A DNA stretch of 64,000 nucleotides, from NCBI GenBank assembly GCA_036172245.1, contig JAYWIR010000102.1, forward strand, positions 62,001 through 126,000, read 5' to 3'. Source of the stretch: Raillietiella orientalis (Eukaryota). Position numbers and translations under genes: made by a program. Positions 38,685 to 51,779 of this stretch are shown piece after piece. Every line of letters starts with the position of its first letter. Position 1 is the stretch's first letter. The notes under the pieces were generated by a model, which was given only the letters and a program-made list of their open reading frames with translations, made no database searches and was not told where the DNA came from.

Positions 38685-39961
38685 GGAGGAAGACCCATCC
38701 CCCTCCCCCTCTCGAAGCCGAGCTGGCCCAGGGGCACCTCCCGGCTTCGCCGCCGCCGGCGACCTCGATGACGACGACGACGACCCGCCCCTCCTCGCAC
38801 GGCAGCGCTCCTGGAAAGAGGAAGAAGGGACGAAACCGCGAAGGGGAGGGGCAGGCAGAAAGATTGAGAACGTCGCTCCCCCCCCCACCCCCTCTCCCTA
38901 AACGAAGTGTTGTTCCTGTGATATGCGCTACCGGACTGTTGCCAGGCAACCCTTCCTTGCTGAGAACGCGTTTGTCGGCGGCGGCGGCGGCGACGACAAC
39001 GCTTCGGGATTTGAAATACACGTGTTTGACGAGAGCGGACCGGGAGCTGCCCTTGGGGTACCATCTTTGGGGAGCCGGGGGATCGACTCGTTGGCGTCTC
39101 GAGGCGGTGGGCCAGCAGGGACGAAGGTTCCGACGCTTCTCTCCCTGGCCTAGCCTTCCAGGGAAGCGGCGGTGCAGCTTCCGGGAACCTGGGCTTGTGG
39201 CGCGCGAGAGAGATCTCTTCCTCACCCCCGCCCCCTCCCCAGGAAAGCCGGCGCTCGTGAGTTCCGACCCAGGCAAAGGCGGCACTGAACCCCTCGCGGC
39301 GAGCGTCCCGACCGCCGCCGCCAGGCCTGCGGGGGTCTCTCTCTGGGATCCTCCCCCCTCTCCACCGTGCCACGAGCGCGACTGGGGCGCTGACCTCGCG
39401 GTGCTGATGGCTCTCCGCACGCTTGCGAGGGTCTCCAGCCGGTTGGGTGAGCCGGCGGAGGCAATGCCGACCCCAGGAACTGCCCTCCTCGGGATGCAGC
39501 GGGGGATGGGTGGCCTCCTAGACGAGGAGGATGGGCCTCCGCAGGGAGAAGTGAGCCCCCCAGCGAAAGGTGTCCTCCTGGCGACGGGGAGAAAAGGAGC
39601 CGGAACCGAACGTCACCAGGACTCCAGCTTCCCCCGGGGACTCCCCCAGGATCCCTGTCTGCCTCTGCATCTTCTGGCGTGACTTCGTCCGCCGCCGGGA
39701 CTGCCATTGCCCGGCGACCCCCGCAAGCCGCCCAGGTCGCCTCCCGCAGCGGCGCCTAGCGACAGGGGACCAGGGCGGAGTCACGCCCGGGAGCAGGCAT
39801 GTGACCAGAGACCCCCAGGACAAGCGAGCAGGGGGGAGCGGAAGGAGGGTCTCCATGCCCCTTGGGAAGCCAAAGTCGACGGGGGAAGTCCGACGGAGTC
39901 TCTATCCCTCCCCGGGGCGAGCGAAAACCTACGAGTGCTCCCAGACGAACGAGGAACCCGC

Positions 39962-42900
39962 CTACTGTAAGTCTCCATCCAGAGGGGACTTTGGTCTGTT
40001 GTCCTGGACGCTGGGGCTCGAGAGGCGTCCCGAGCGAGACTGCAGGGTCCACACAGGCAGGGGAGGGGGAAGGACGACTCGTGCCCTGCCGCCATTGCTG
40101 GCGCGTTCTTTCGAGCTCGGCGGGAAACTCGCCAGAGTGGGCCGGCGCGAGCTCGAAGAGCAGGTTGAGGAGCGTCGGGCCCTGCGCGACCCCCCATCTG
40201 GTCCTGACGCCCGCAGAAGCCAGACCGCCGAGCAGGATGGAAGCTTCTCCTTGAGCTCTGGCGGGCAGTCGAGGGGACTGGCTGGGAAGCCGAGCCGTCC
40301 CCGCAGCATCCCCAGTAGACCCCAGCTCCGAAGGCCTCCTGGAGTTCGGCAGCGCGCGCTCATGCACCATGGAAGCCACTTTCGCTGCGAGCGTGCAACT
40401 CCGAGGGCAGCACGTCTGCGCCTGGGGTGGTGGCTTTGCCTTCCGATGGCGGCAGCGGTGGACGGTTCGCGAGGCCGGTCGGGGGCTCTTCCGGCAGTCT
40501 GCGTACAGTGGTCTCATGGGGCCCTCTGGCGCCATCCTGGTCAAGGGGCGCCCTCGCGCGCAGGTGCAGCCACGTTGCTTCATCACGCGTCGCACGCGCT
40601 CCGACGCGGTGCGTGCACGGCCTTCGGAGTTTGGCACTCTCGCCACTCCACCCGGTTGCCAGGGTTGCCTTTCCGCAGATGCGGCGTCTTCCTCCGGGCG
40701 CTCCGCTTCGGAGCCGGACGTTGCCCAACGCATGGCCGGAGACCTCTTTTGGGGCTTCCGCTTCCTTCCGGGAGCCGCACTCACGTAGGACGAGGTGTCG
40801 GCGGTCACCGCAGCTGTGCATGGCTCCACCTGTGCACTCGCGCTCACGGAGGTCATGTCGCATCGTTTCTCTGGTCGCAGGATAGTGTTGTCCCTGCCCC
40901 CGCGGCGGCACCGTTTTCGGCCCCTTCCCTGGTTTCCGAGGAAGCGCTTCCCTAGGGGCAGCACCCGCCAGAGAACTCAGCGCGCCGGGAGCGGTCGTTG
41001 CTCCCTGCAGCGCAGGGGACTGCATAGGGGGGAAGAGCTGCTGCTCTTTCGCTTCACCCTGGTGATGAGGCTCTCGCACGCCCTTCGCCGACGGGCGGGC
41101 CGTGCACGTGGCGCGCACGCGACTGGGCTTCCAGCAGCAGCAGCAGGTGCACCAGATCTTCGAGCATGGCTTCTTCAGCTGTCCCGAAGGGTTGCGGAAC
41201 CTGCAAAAGTGGGTCCTCTCACACCCACGTGCTTCACACGACTCCGCCGCAGCCATGCGGTACGGCTGGCTCATCAGCCGCGGTCTCCCGCGCTCCGGGC
41301 AACCCACTGAACGCCTCATGCGGCAGGAAGGGTCCCTCTGAAGCCAGGTCGCTCGCGCATGCGGTGCCAAGCTCGGATGGTGTGGCCTCGAACACCGCAG
41401 GCGTCTTCGTGCGGCCTCCTCCCCTCTCTCCACTCCTCCTACTTGTTGACCCCGGTCGGGTTTGTCGCCTCCGTTTCGGGTCCGCAGGCGTGTCGGCGGT
41501 CGGACGCACCACCGAGTCGCCCTTTGAAGCGGGAAAAACTTCACTCCCTCTTGGGCCTGCTCGGGGGAGGAGGTGGCGGTGGAACGGCCCCGCCTTCTGC
41601 ACAGCACAGCCCCGGTGTTGGCTCCGCCACTAGAACCGCCAGCGCGCCGGATTCCTACCAATGCACGCGCAGTCGCTATCGCTGGAGGTTTTGTTCCCCC
41701 CCGTGTTCACCAACAACTACGCACCTGAGAAATCCGCGCTTTTTACCGTGTGTTACAATGTAGCGCCGCTTCCGTCGGCCGATCGTGAGGGTCGCGCGCC
41801 GTTGCCCTTTGACAATCTGCGTTGCTAGGCCACCGCCCCAGCCACCGTCCTCCGTGAGTTCTCCGTTGCCCCATTCGCGCAGGTTTGCCATTGCGACTAA
41901 GGCATTCGTAGGCCTCCCGTAGGGTACGTGACCCAGGGACGTCCACAGTCTGCACAGCCGCGAATCAGTCGGGCAACCACGTCTCCCACAGGCCTCCTGC
42001 AGATTGAGGACCCACAGTGTTGTTAGGCCATCGACCCCATCCCCTCGACGCACCCTCACCCGGGGAGGAGAGCGCCCGACAAGTCTGGAGAAGAGCAGAG
42101 GTGCGCGCGTTTCTTCGAGAGGATCCAGCCGAGCAGCATCGGAGGGGGTAGCGAAGTGCCTCCGCGACGCGCGAACCCACCCCTGGCCCAGTCTTCCACA
42201 CCCAAGTGCGCGGGAGAGCCTTCGCTGTACCACGGTGGGCGCGCTCTTTGGCCACTCCCCCTCTGAGGCGTGGGGACGTCCATCATCACGGAGCAGACCC
42301 AAGTGCGCCATCAAGATGGCAGCCTGCGGGTGATGAAGGGGGAGGACAGGGTAGTTTACCGGGAAGTCTGGCTGAGGAGGAAGACCGCAATTCTTCGTAC
42401 CCATGAGGCCGATCTACTTCTGTTTATTTATTCACTGTCTCATCCCCCCTCTTCCCCTTTCTCCACTTCCCCTACGGATTGACCCCGGTCGGGTTTGTCG
42501 CCTCCGTTTCGGGTCGGCAGCCAACCTACACATATGTAGGGAACCGGCACATATGTAGGGACTTCCTGCAGTGCAGACAGCCCTCCCTGCCCGCCCGCAA
42601 CACGTTTGCGCGTTCACCAGGCAGCCCCGGGAAGGCGAGGGAGAAGGGAATAGAAGTCACTCGCCGGAAGGCACGATTGAGCAGGTTCCATACCGCTTGC
42701 TATCGAGCCATCGTGAGCGATACCGGGGCTCCGCTTTCGCCGTTCCCGTCTTCCTGAGTCAGACGGATCATTTCTGATCTCTGTCTAGCAGGGAGTCTGC
42801 TAGGAAAACGACCCCATTTTTCTGCCGTCCCGCTCCTAGCTGCCCCCAAGGCTCCACGACTGCATCGCAGGGTGGCCACTGCTGCAGCCCGTCCGGGAGG

Positions 42901-45358
42901 GAGCGAAGGGCAAGTCGGCTCGTTCGAGAAGAAGAACGCTTCGCTCCCCTTCTCGGAAGACGCTTCGACGGCCCGGATAGAGTGGAGGCCTCTCGCTGGG
43001 CGCACCCCCTCTGGACAAAGTCCGCTGCAATCCAGAGCCGAGTGTGCGAGAACGACCCCGCACCTCTCTGGGCTGCGCTTTCGAGGGGCACCCGTTGCAT
43101 GTAGGATGAACACCACGGCGTGCTACCATCTGAGGAGGAGCACGGAGCTGTCCACGCACGACAGGAAGGAGGGAACATCGGCAACCATCCGCCAAGAGGG
43201 GAATTTCGTGCTTCTACGAGAGTGCAGAGCTCTCACCCTGCGGACAATCAACGGATGGGAAGTCATCTCCCTCGCCTGGGGGAGGCAGCTCTCCAACCAG
43301 GGACACGGCGGACTCTTGGATCCGGGAAGGGACAGGCATCTTCGGCGAAGCATTCCCGTTCCCCTGTGCAAGGTGCGGGCGGTTGCCGCTGGGCCTTTTT
43401 TCGGCGAAAGGGGCCACCACCTGGCTGCAGCTCTCACCACAACGGCTGCTACGCGGGCGACTTTTCCGTTACGCTCCAGCGCGACGGGAACGCGCAAGCA
43501 GCAGCGCAGCGCGCGAGGGATTGACGTGGCACGTCTGTGGCGGCGCCCTTCGGGTGCAGCAGGGCTTTAGCCAGACCCCGCCAGAGGTCGCAGAGGGCAC
43601 CTCAGGCTGCCAACGGGCGAGGGAACGAGTTCTGGAACAGCTCAGAGACGCGGTTCCCCAGGAAACGGCGTGTCGGCGCGTTCGCTCGTTGCTGTGGAGA
43701 GCCCAGTGGCGAGGGAGCGCCACCTCGTGTGAGGGGGGGGAGGGTCGCCGATGCGTCCACATGCGAGGCAAAGACGACGAGTTCTCCTGGGGGCGCACTC
43801 GAAATCGAAACTTCTTACCCATCGAAGCTCTGGCCCGAGAGCGTGAAGCGGCGTTGCTGATCTGCCCACCCATCCGAACAGCAGTCGCTACCCCTGCAGT
43901 GGCCGGCGACGGGCGGTTCCGCTTGGCACGTGCCTCATTGTTGACACCAATTCGGCCCACACCCATCCGAGACCGTGGTGTCGACCGTACGTGTCCATGT
44001 CCAGCAGGGATCTCTTCAGCATGCTGCCATTACCACCCGTCGTCATGGTGAACCGGCGGGCAAACTGAAAACGATGACCACAGAACACGGGGATCCTACT
44101 GCTTGCAGTCAACCCGTCCCTGATGCAGATTCCAGCCGGACTTGCAAGGCGACGAGGAACGAGTGATGACACTCGACGCCACCCGCCCTTTGATAGTAGT
44201 TGCCAGTTCCAGAAGGTTCCAGGAAGGGCAAGGAGGAAAACTGCTGGAGTCTGACTCACCACTTCTCCAGTAAAGGAGCACCTACCTGTCCGGGCTTTGT
44301 TGTGGGAGCCCTGAGTGGCTGGAACCCAGGAAACGGCAAGCTGCTGGAAGAACGGAAGATCATAAACATCGAGTGCATCGAGGAAGAGATCGCTTCCAGC
44401 AGCACGCAGCGCTCCGGGAGATGCACCGGTAGCATCGGATGCTTCAGTTCATGCAAGCAGCTTGCAAACAGGGAAATCGTGTCCGATCACGATCGCAGGA
44501 CGGTGGAAACTGTGGGCAATGTCCCGGCATTCTCTATACCCTCCCTTGTACCTGCTTCGGCGGTACATGTACTGTACCCTCCTCCCCAGGAATTTTTGCT
44601 GTTCACGGGGCTTGCTAATAAAAAAAGACTCCTCCCACCTTGCTAGCGTTGCCTGTCCTACGGTAGGCAAATGCGGTGCCTTGTGCATAAGGAAGATGCA
44701 GCACGGAGACCGGAAGTGTGACGGCTACTCAGAGCAGTTGATCCGGTCCGCCGCGACCTTCTCGAAGGATGGATATGTGAGGGATTGCGGGGACGAAGTT
44801 CCTGTGGGCGCAAGTCTTTGGGTGTCTCTCAGGTGTTGACCGCTTTCTACAGAGCCATGCATTTAAGTTCTTCGGCTGGCAGGAGATCTAGCGGTATTCT
44901 TGCAGTGAGACTATTTTCCTCAAAGGGAATCAATATCCTTTCTTCCTTTGGTGGCTGGAGGAGATGAAGCGGTTGATGGCTGCATCCTCAGTGAGCCAAC
45001 AGAGAGGAAACAATGGAAGACCTCGTTCCCAAGTGAACTCCTCGGGGGTGCTCAGTGAAGAGCTCAATTTGAGTCAGTTTGTGCTCCTGACGTATCAGCA
45101 GTTAACTAACCTCTTCCTCTGCTGGAAGCAGCATAACCCTTTTAGGAGCGGAGCAATCATCCTTTCTTTGTTTTCTTCCCTGCTTGAACGTCTTCCTCTA
45201 ATGAAAAAGATACGGAGCAACGTATATCAAGGGCTGCTGGGCCTAAGAGTTCCTGGCCAGGTTGAGGGCCGATTACAAGTTCTCCTTCCAGCGTATGCGA
45301 AGAGAAATGACAGTGAAATAGAACTCCTCCCAGTTGATTCTGCCAAGAAAGATGGCGG
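39962..45358 (-). CDS. Putative uncharacterised multi-exon gene, convergent with Cdk4/6 (partial model)
   Basis: Phase-compatible candidate exons 45358-45277 (AIFLGRINWEEFYFTVISLRIRWKEN), 45197-45111, 44460-44260 (GTGAGT donor) and 43237-43127; further candidates 41200-41058 and a possible last exon ending TAG at 39962; may continue upstream into exon-like segments at 49.6-51 kb. Confidence 0.4.
41446..41482 (+). repeat. 37-bp exact direct repeat, copy 1
   Basis: TTGACCCCGGTCGGGTTTGTCGCCTCCGTTTCGGGTC, identical to 42479-42515; flanks are also similar. Confidence 0.9.
42479..42515 (+). repeat. 37-bp exact direct repeat, copy 2
   Basis: Identical to 41446-41482; followed by CACATATGTAGGGA x2 (42529-42561). 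Confidence 0.9.
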
Positions 45359-46063
45359 CTAGGAAGAAGAAAAAAGAAGCCGTCTAGAACGAGGCACTCA
45401 TCCGAAGAGTGCCTTTCAGCAGTCATTCTGTCGAAAGTCAATCCAGATTTGGAAGCACTTAGCGAGGGAAGATCCTCAAGAGGGTGTTTCCAGCACTAGA
45501 GAAATAAAAAAAAAATCCTCCTCTCATAAGTAGTCCCCGATTTATCCAGATGGCTTTGTAAAACACTCCCAATCAACACTTCTTAACCGAGAGGCCGGTG
45601 GGAATGTCACTCATGCCCCGACGGGCAGGTGCCGTAGGCTTCAAAAGTTTGATGCGCCCTTGTAGCAACCAAGTGCATTGAGCTCCTCTTGTATTATGCC
45701 CTCCAGTAACTCAAAGGGATACTCAAACTACAAACACTCAATCTACAAACATGGCTTTGTGTTTGTTTCCTGGACTTTCACTTTCTCCTTTGGTTAATGA
45801 TAAAAAAAAAATTCCGTTCATTACTTCAAAAACAATCAGATATCTCTATGTATCGATAGACAAATGCAATCAATGAACATTACTTTAACTCTAGAAGGAT
45901 TCCGAAGATATGGCTGATGATTTGCTTGCAATTCCTAAAAAGCATTCACAGATCAATGAGAGCAAACATTTCAGAAATTAATAGCGACTTTATCGGATTT
46001 TCTATTTCAGAAATGATGGTTTCATTAATATGATAAATAAAATCTTTTATAATAAAAAAATGC

Positions 46064-46096
46064 TGGAAGAAAGCATTTAGTAAATGCTTTCTTCCA
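46064..46096. repeat. Perfect 16-bp inverted repeat, 1-nt spacer
   Basis: TGGAAGAAAGCATTTA-g-TAAATGCTTTCTTCCA. Confidence 0.95.
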
Positions 46097-46790
46097 ACCT
46101 AGAAAAAAAAATCTTGCAGCGGAAGTATCAGTGTGGTAATGATCGATGTTTTTCATGTATCTTCGAAATTTCCAGACTCATTTTGACTTCAGGATTTTTC
46201 ACGAGGTGCGTACTCAAAAGGATTGGACTTCATGCACTTCTTTGAACCAACTATATCGTATTTTCGAACAAGTAGTCAGTCTTAAGAACAGCTCTATGTA
46301 TGTGATAAATTATACTATGCTCATTCAAGATGCAATCAATCAACTCTGCAATGCAATGGTTGTGAAGCCAAACGGCACACAAGTCATAACATAAACTCCA
46401 TTTTGTATGAGCACAGTATAATTTGTGTTGTGACTTGCGTGTCACTTGTTTTAATAGCTATTGCATTGCAGAGTTGATAATTCCTAAGAAATGAGAGAAC
46501 GTATTCATATTTGTAAGTTATTTTCATTCTGGAATTCCAATATTCACTAAATATTCACTAACTCTACTGAAATTAGTGTTACGTTACTAAATATAATTAT
46601 TCACATGGATATGTGTGTTACTAATTTATGCAATACTTACTTGTGTTGTACATATAGCTAGTCACATCATATACATACGGACAGGTTTGTGTTACAAGCA
46701 TGATTTTTTTTTTCGGTGATAGCACTTGGTAAGTCTGAGTTTCACTGTGGAGTTTGGAAACGAAAACTGCGCAAAGTGCAGCCATTGTAG

Positions 46791-47919
46791 ATGGACTCGC
46801 TAAGCACATTTTTAGATTATTGCCAGAATGCTAATAAGAGACTGAAAAAGTCTCCCAGTTGTGATGCCAGCAACATACCGAAGTCTACTCCAGAAGGTGG
46901 TGAGGCTCTTCAATGTCAGACATATTTTAATGTTTCAAATGACCTTCCTGTGCTCACGTTAGCATTTTCTCACTTTTATGATAAAAGAACAAAGTTTGTC
47001 TAGGCAAAGCAATTTAAAGTGCTAATTTAGGTGACTCAAATGGATCCCAAGCATTGCCAACATCCGAACCCAGTAACAAAGTTTCCCAAGTAAAATGTGA
47101 TCCTGGTCAAAATAATAAGCAGCTCGCCATGAGCGACCTATTTCAAAGCAACGTTTACGCAGACTTAGACTTCATCAATGCAGTACCCGAAATTGAATCA
47201 GAGTAAGTCCGTGAATGCAAAAAAGGGTTGCTGAAATCAGAAAAAGTAATTTAGAAATTTGCACATTTGAGGAAGTGGTACGCAAAATAATTGAAAAAGT
47301 AGAGGCGCTGAAAGCCCTTTACAAGAATGAATTACGGAACTTGAGATTAATTTTGAAGCGAAAAAAGCTGAAGTATCCCAGGGCAGCCAATACAAGTAAA
47401 ACCAGATTTAAAAGTGAGTTTTTACCGTTGTTTACGAAAATGTGCCAATTTTGAATTTAATCCAAGGACGATTTGCTAGGCAATCGTGTGAAATTGAATG
47501 TTTCTTTCTTTTGTTGCAGATTTATTAACCAAAAAAAATAGCCATGCAAATGCATTGCTGAGGTATCATCATTCATCCAGGCCATGCTTGACAAGAAAAA
47601 CACAAGAAACTGTGAGTTCAGCAGATTGTATAACATCTTACAGCATTTTATTTTAGAAACTGACTGCTTCAGATGTTACCACAACTTGTTCTTTTGTGGA
47701 TCAATCAGGAATTTGTCAGGAAAGATGTTTACCATTATCTGCATTTTGCCTTAAACACATTTTGCAGGTGAGATATTTTTAACTGATCACTCTGGTGAGT
47801 TTGTCATTTAGGATCCACAGCAAGTTTTGTTTCGGGCTTGTCAGTCGAAACATTCAGGAATAAGTAGTTGTACCTCTCCAGTACTTGTGTTACTGCCATG
47901 CAACTCGTGCAGTGCATGA
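46791..47919 (+). CDS. KANSL2: KAT8 regulatory NSL complex subunit 2-like (KANSL2/NSL2 family, zf-C3Hc3H), divergent/truncated, 254 aa
   Basis: Exons 46791-46899, 47031-47202, 47241-47413, 47520-47611, 47657-47767 and 47812-47919 are GT-AG, phase-compatible and total 765 nt. CTFEEVVRKIIEKVEALKALYKNELRNLRLILKRKKLKY matches the conserved KANSL2 helix (YTAEEV..REKL.RLQSLY..QF.RL..LLKEKKRRY). CSFVDQSGICQERCLPLSAFCLKHILQDPQQVLFRAC matches the C-terminal C3H-type zinc finger. The true start is uncertain. Confidence 0.82.
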
Positions 47920-50900
47920 CTTTTCAACAAAACTGGGCTCTTGAAATTATCAGGATATTTGAAAGCATCATTTGACCATTTGTATATCTTTTGGTTAAAT
48001 CACTAATACTGTGTGGTCATCATGCATGGGTTGTGTCGCCAGTCTATTTTGTTTTATACATGATTTTGTATGCCAGTGCATGTCAGATGTGGTAGAATAT
48101 CATTTTATTGAAATGTGTCAGTTGCAGAAGCCAGACAAAGTTTTGGTATTTGAGGTAGATGGGTAGAAGCATCCCATGAATGAGAATCATAGTGGTCTTT
48201 GGCAGATGTATTTGTAACTCTGGGTAGGATGTGCATGAACAAGATTCATATGTTTGAAAGTCATGATCACTTCAGAATTCTTTTCATATGCAGTCGTAAT
48301 TTTTTATTTTCTATACCATTTTCTATAGTATATGTGCTTTTACGAAGCTTACATAGCTTCTTCACATCCAAAGGCATGGATTTTGAATGTGCTTCCAACT
48401 TCAAAAATCAAAACAGGTCAACATTGATGTAAATTACCTTGCCATGCAAATGGTAACAAATTTAAACTTCAGGGGTATTGTGTAAATTCCAAGATATATC
48501 CTAACTGAATAAATTATGTTGCTACTCTCTGGAACATTGTGCTAGCAATTTTATTTCTCGGCCAGTCACAGTGAGCCATTATCTCGTATTTGACGCATTT
48601 AAGTTTGCATGGAAATTCTGCCAACACATGCTTGAAATAAAATTTTCAGCTTAAAGTTTGTTGCAAAAGCTTGGGATCTGCCTGTCTGAGGCTGTGTTCC
48701 ATTAGGGTTTCGATGCCGAATTTCTCAGCTCTAATCTAATGAGTTCATAAAAATGAATCAGTTCCAGTAGAGTCTTGCGTTACATTCTTGAAAGAAACTC
48801 AGTCAGCTGATTGGGATGCAATGCTTGCTTTGGACAAAGCTCTAAAGTTTCCACTGATAGTACTCCTGGGCTTCTGTACTTTGCAATATGTTGTCTGGAA
48901 GTGGTTCCTTGTACAATTAAAAAGCAGTTCACTGATCCCAGAAAGTCCAGAATGCATATTGAAACACAGCTATGGTGGTAAGCACAATAGAATACCTCGG
49001 AGACGATGATATGTTTGGTCGTGAGCAGCACGGCGACTTAAGAAATTTGTGCCTCTACTTGCAAGGAAAAGTCATGTTTTTCTCATAAAAGTGCGGTTAA
49101 TGGCTTTCGAACGCCCTTTTCTGTTTTCTTTTTAATCTCAGCATCCCGTACACTGCAAACTTTAAAATCCATCCCCGCGAGGCATTGAAGGAGATGTCAG
49201 CTGACCCTTTGCGCAGCATATGTTTCCCCGAATCGCTCGCAAGCAAACGATATCCGTTCTTCACGTCCTTGTTGTGTACGGTTTACTGGGCGTGATTGGG
49301 TGTCTTTGGGTCGAGGATCAGTGGAACTGTGCTGCTGTGCTCATGTGTGTTTGGGTTTCTTTGCAACTACTCTTCCCAAAATATCTTATGAGCATTTTTA
49401 CTCTCGAAAGGGATTTCCCTTCTTTTTTTTTTTTTTACATAGAAGAGTTCTCTTTGAGGGACTTTGCATGCTGAGGGAGGATTCCTCAACGCAAGCTCAG
49501 GTTATTCGTACAAATTTTGATCGATGTCCGTTTTGCGGGGCCCCCAAAGGTCGGTCTCCGGTTGACCTCCGCCCGCTGCTGCAGGCAGCAGAGGAAGAAA
49601 GTTGTTTGGCGCACGCGTTGCGATTCGGTGCCGGCACTTTCGTTTTCCTTGGCTGTACCTTCTGCTGCCAACGTTCAAAGAGTTTTGCTGCACACCTTCA
49701 AAAACGCTTTGCATCTCGGCAAGGAGGGTCTTTCCGACAAGGTTTGCCCGTCCTGATACTCGAACGCCGGACATCGCAAGAAGAAAGAAACCAAGGGAGT
49801 CTTTGCAGAAAACAAAGAAGAGGAAAAACCGTGCCGGAAGAGGGACAAATTCGGCGAAGACTGCTTGCGCCGAAAGGAAAAGAGTGCTTCTTTCGACGTG
49901 GTTGTTAAAATGTTAGTCAGCAATCAGACGTGCGAATCGCATTTCCGTCCCATCTTCTTCGTCAGTTATTTCAAGTAAGAAGGACAAATAGGAATAGCAA
50001 TGGAAACGCGTCTTCTGGTCGAGGAGAGCCTCAGCTGCCGCAAACACTTGGAAGTACTTCAGCGACGGGCTTCGCGCATTCAAGTTTCTTGCTCTGCGTG
50101 TTCCTCCGTTGAAAAACGTCAAAATACTTTTTTGCTAAGGGATTGCTTTAGGTTTTCCGTTTGAAAGGTACACAAAAGCGAGGCTCGAGAAGAAAGCATG
50201 AAGTGAATTTATGAAGTTCGTGGAACACGGTGCATAGAAAGCTCTCAGGATATGTGCGCTGCGGCTTTTCCAGCTGCTCGCTGATTCCAATCACACTCTG
50301 AAGAGTCTCCCAAATGCCCGGTAGGAAAAGGCAAAGGGTTCTACAAATTATGAAGAACAGCAAAGGTATGAATGCAGAAGGCGTTCGGTGGAGCTGACGT
50401 TTACGAAACCGGTGCCCATTTCTTTAATTGACAACCAAGAGGCAGAACGAAATGCGTTCGTGGTACAGAACGTGAATGCTAATCTCCAGATTTGTTTCCA
50501 TCTCCTTTAATTGTATGATCAGAATAAGCTGAGGAACTTACGAAGACCGGAAGGTTGCGCGGTCAGTCGAAAGAGCTGGAACATCTCCGTGCGATGGCAG
50601 CATCAAGTGGTATTTCAAGACACGCCTTGCAGTTCCAATCAAGCAAAATTGACTTTGGAAGCAGTCATCGACCACTGGACTGACGAGATGTGCAAGCGAG
50701 GACTGAGGGTTCCGACATGCCTATGAGAACTGGGTTGAGAGAGCTCCCTGGGGATGCGCCCTCCTGAATTGCTTGCTGGTCTCCGATTTTCGTGAACTTG
50801 CTGAAGCAGACGTTCTGGGGACATCTTGCTCTCCCTCACTGGAAAGCAGCTCTTCAAGTGGGCACTTTCCTCACTTATTCGCTGAGACGAAGCCACTTCA

Positions 50901-51779
50901 TTCTTTCGAGGAGCTTCGGAGATTTCCTTCTGAATCACGAAGAGTCGGTCCCCCCATCAGAACGTCCTTCCGGAACGCCACGCACGGGGACTGTTTTTTC
51001 CCCTCTCTTTCTTGCATCTTTTCTTTTCTGCGCAATCACCGCGGTCCCTCATGCACTTCCACAAGACCTTTGCCCTCCCTCCTCCCTTCCTGCTAGCCAT
51101 CCTTCAACTCGGGAGGATGTCCGACGTGTCCTCCCGCCGCGCTTGGGGTCAGCCGGTCAGGCGCTCGCGCAAGGCACGCTCAACGTCTTCGACGCGGCCA
51201 CGGTGTGTCCTGTCTCGCGACTCGGTGACGTCCGCGCTACCAGGAAAGAAACCACAGGATCGGTCCGTCCACTTTGCCCCCCGTGTCTCGCTTCCCGAGG
51301 GGCTCCTGCGCCGGATAACGCAGCTTCTCGTGTGGAGCGGGTGAGCGTGGTGCCCGGCTCCACTCAAGGACGCACCTCACAGGTCCAGGCGCTCGGCTGT
51401 CGGTGGCACGTACGGCGCTGCCAGTCAACCACGCTGGCCACCTCCAGGAGAGCAACAACAGGGAGGGGACGAACTCTGCCTCTCATCGTCGTCGTCGTTG
51501 TCACTGTCAATGTACTCGTCATTGTCACGACTGGCTGCAGCGGACGTCATCTGCGACCCCACTGCGTGCTGGCCACCTGCGCCTTCCCTGAATGATGGGG
51601 TCAATCGAGGGTGCAGGATGAGGGCCTCAGGCGCGCCACCCGCGGACCTCTCCCGGCATGGAGGCGCCTTCCTCCCGACCTTCCCCCCGGAAACGGAAGC
51701 AGGGGCAAGCGACTCCGCCCCTTCCTGCCCAGAAGGGGGCCGCTGCCCCTTCTGGTCGGTCGGCAGAAACGGCGGCCCC

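Noticed and set aside
39856..39972. Plus-strand exon MPLGKPK...EEPAY with a GTAAGT donor
   Set aside because: No partner exons or homology; the same bases fit the end of the minus-strand model
31777..44051. Many 200-460 aa ORFs on both strands (e.g. 36873-38258, 39570-40955, 34578-35852, 32307-33524)
   Set aside because: They overlap in several frames, are R/P/G/A-rich and lack domains, as expected from stop-codon scarcity at very high GC; several run through proven Cdk4/6 introns
46064..46102. Hairpin followed by CTAG as a Helitron 3' end
   Set aside because: CTAG is only 2 nt from the stem and is followed by A rather than T; the stem is AT-rich; no 5' end or second copy seen
40080..51490. 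Possible non-canonical GC/GA splice donors in the orphan models (e.g. near 40085 and 51480)
   Set aside because: All junctions in the three homology-supported genes are GT-AG; without cDNA, non-canonical calls are unsupported
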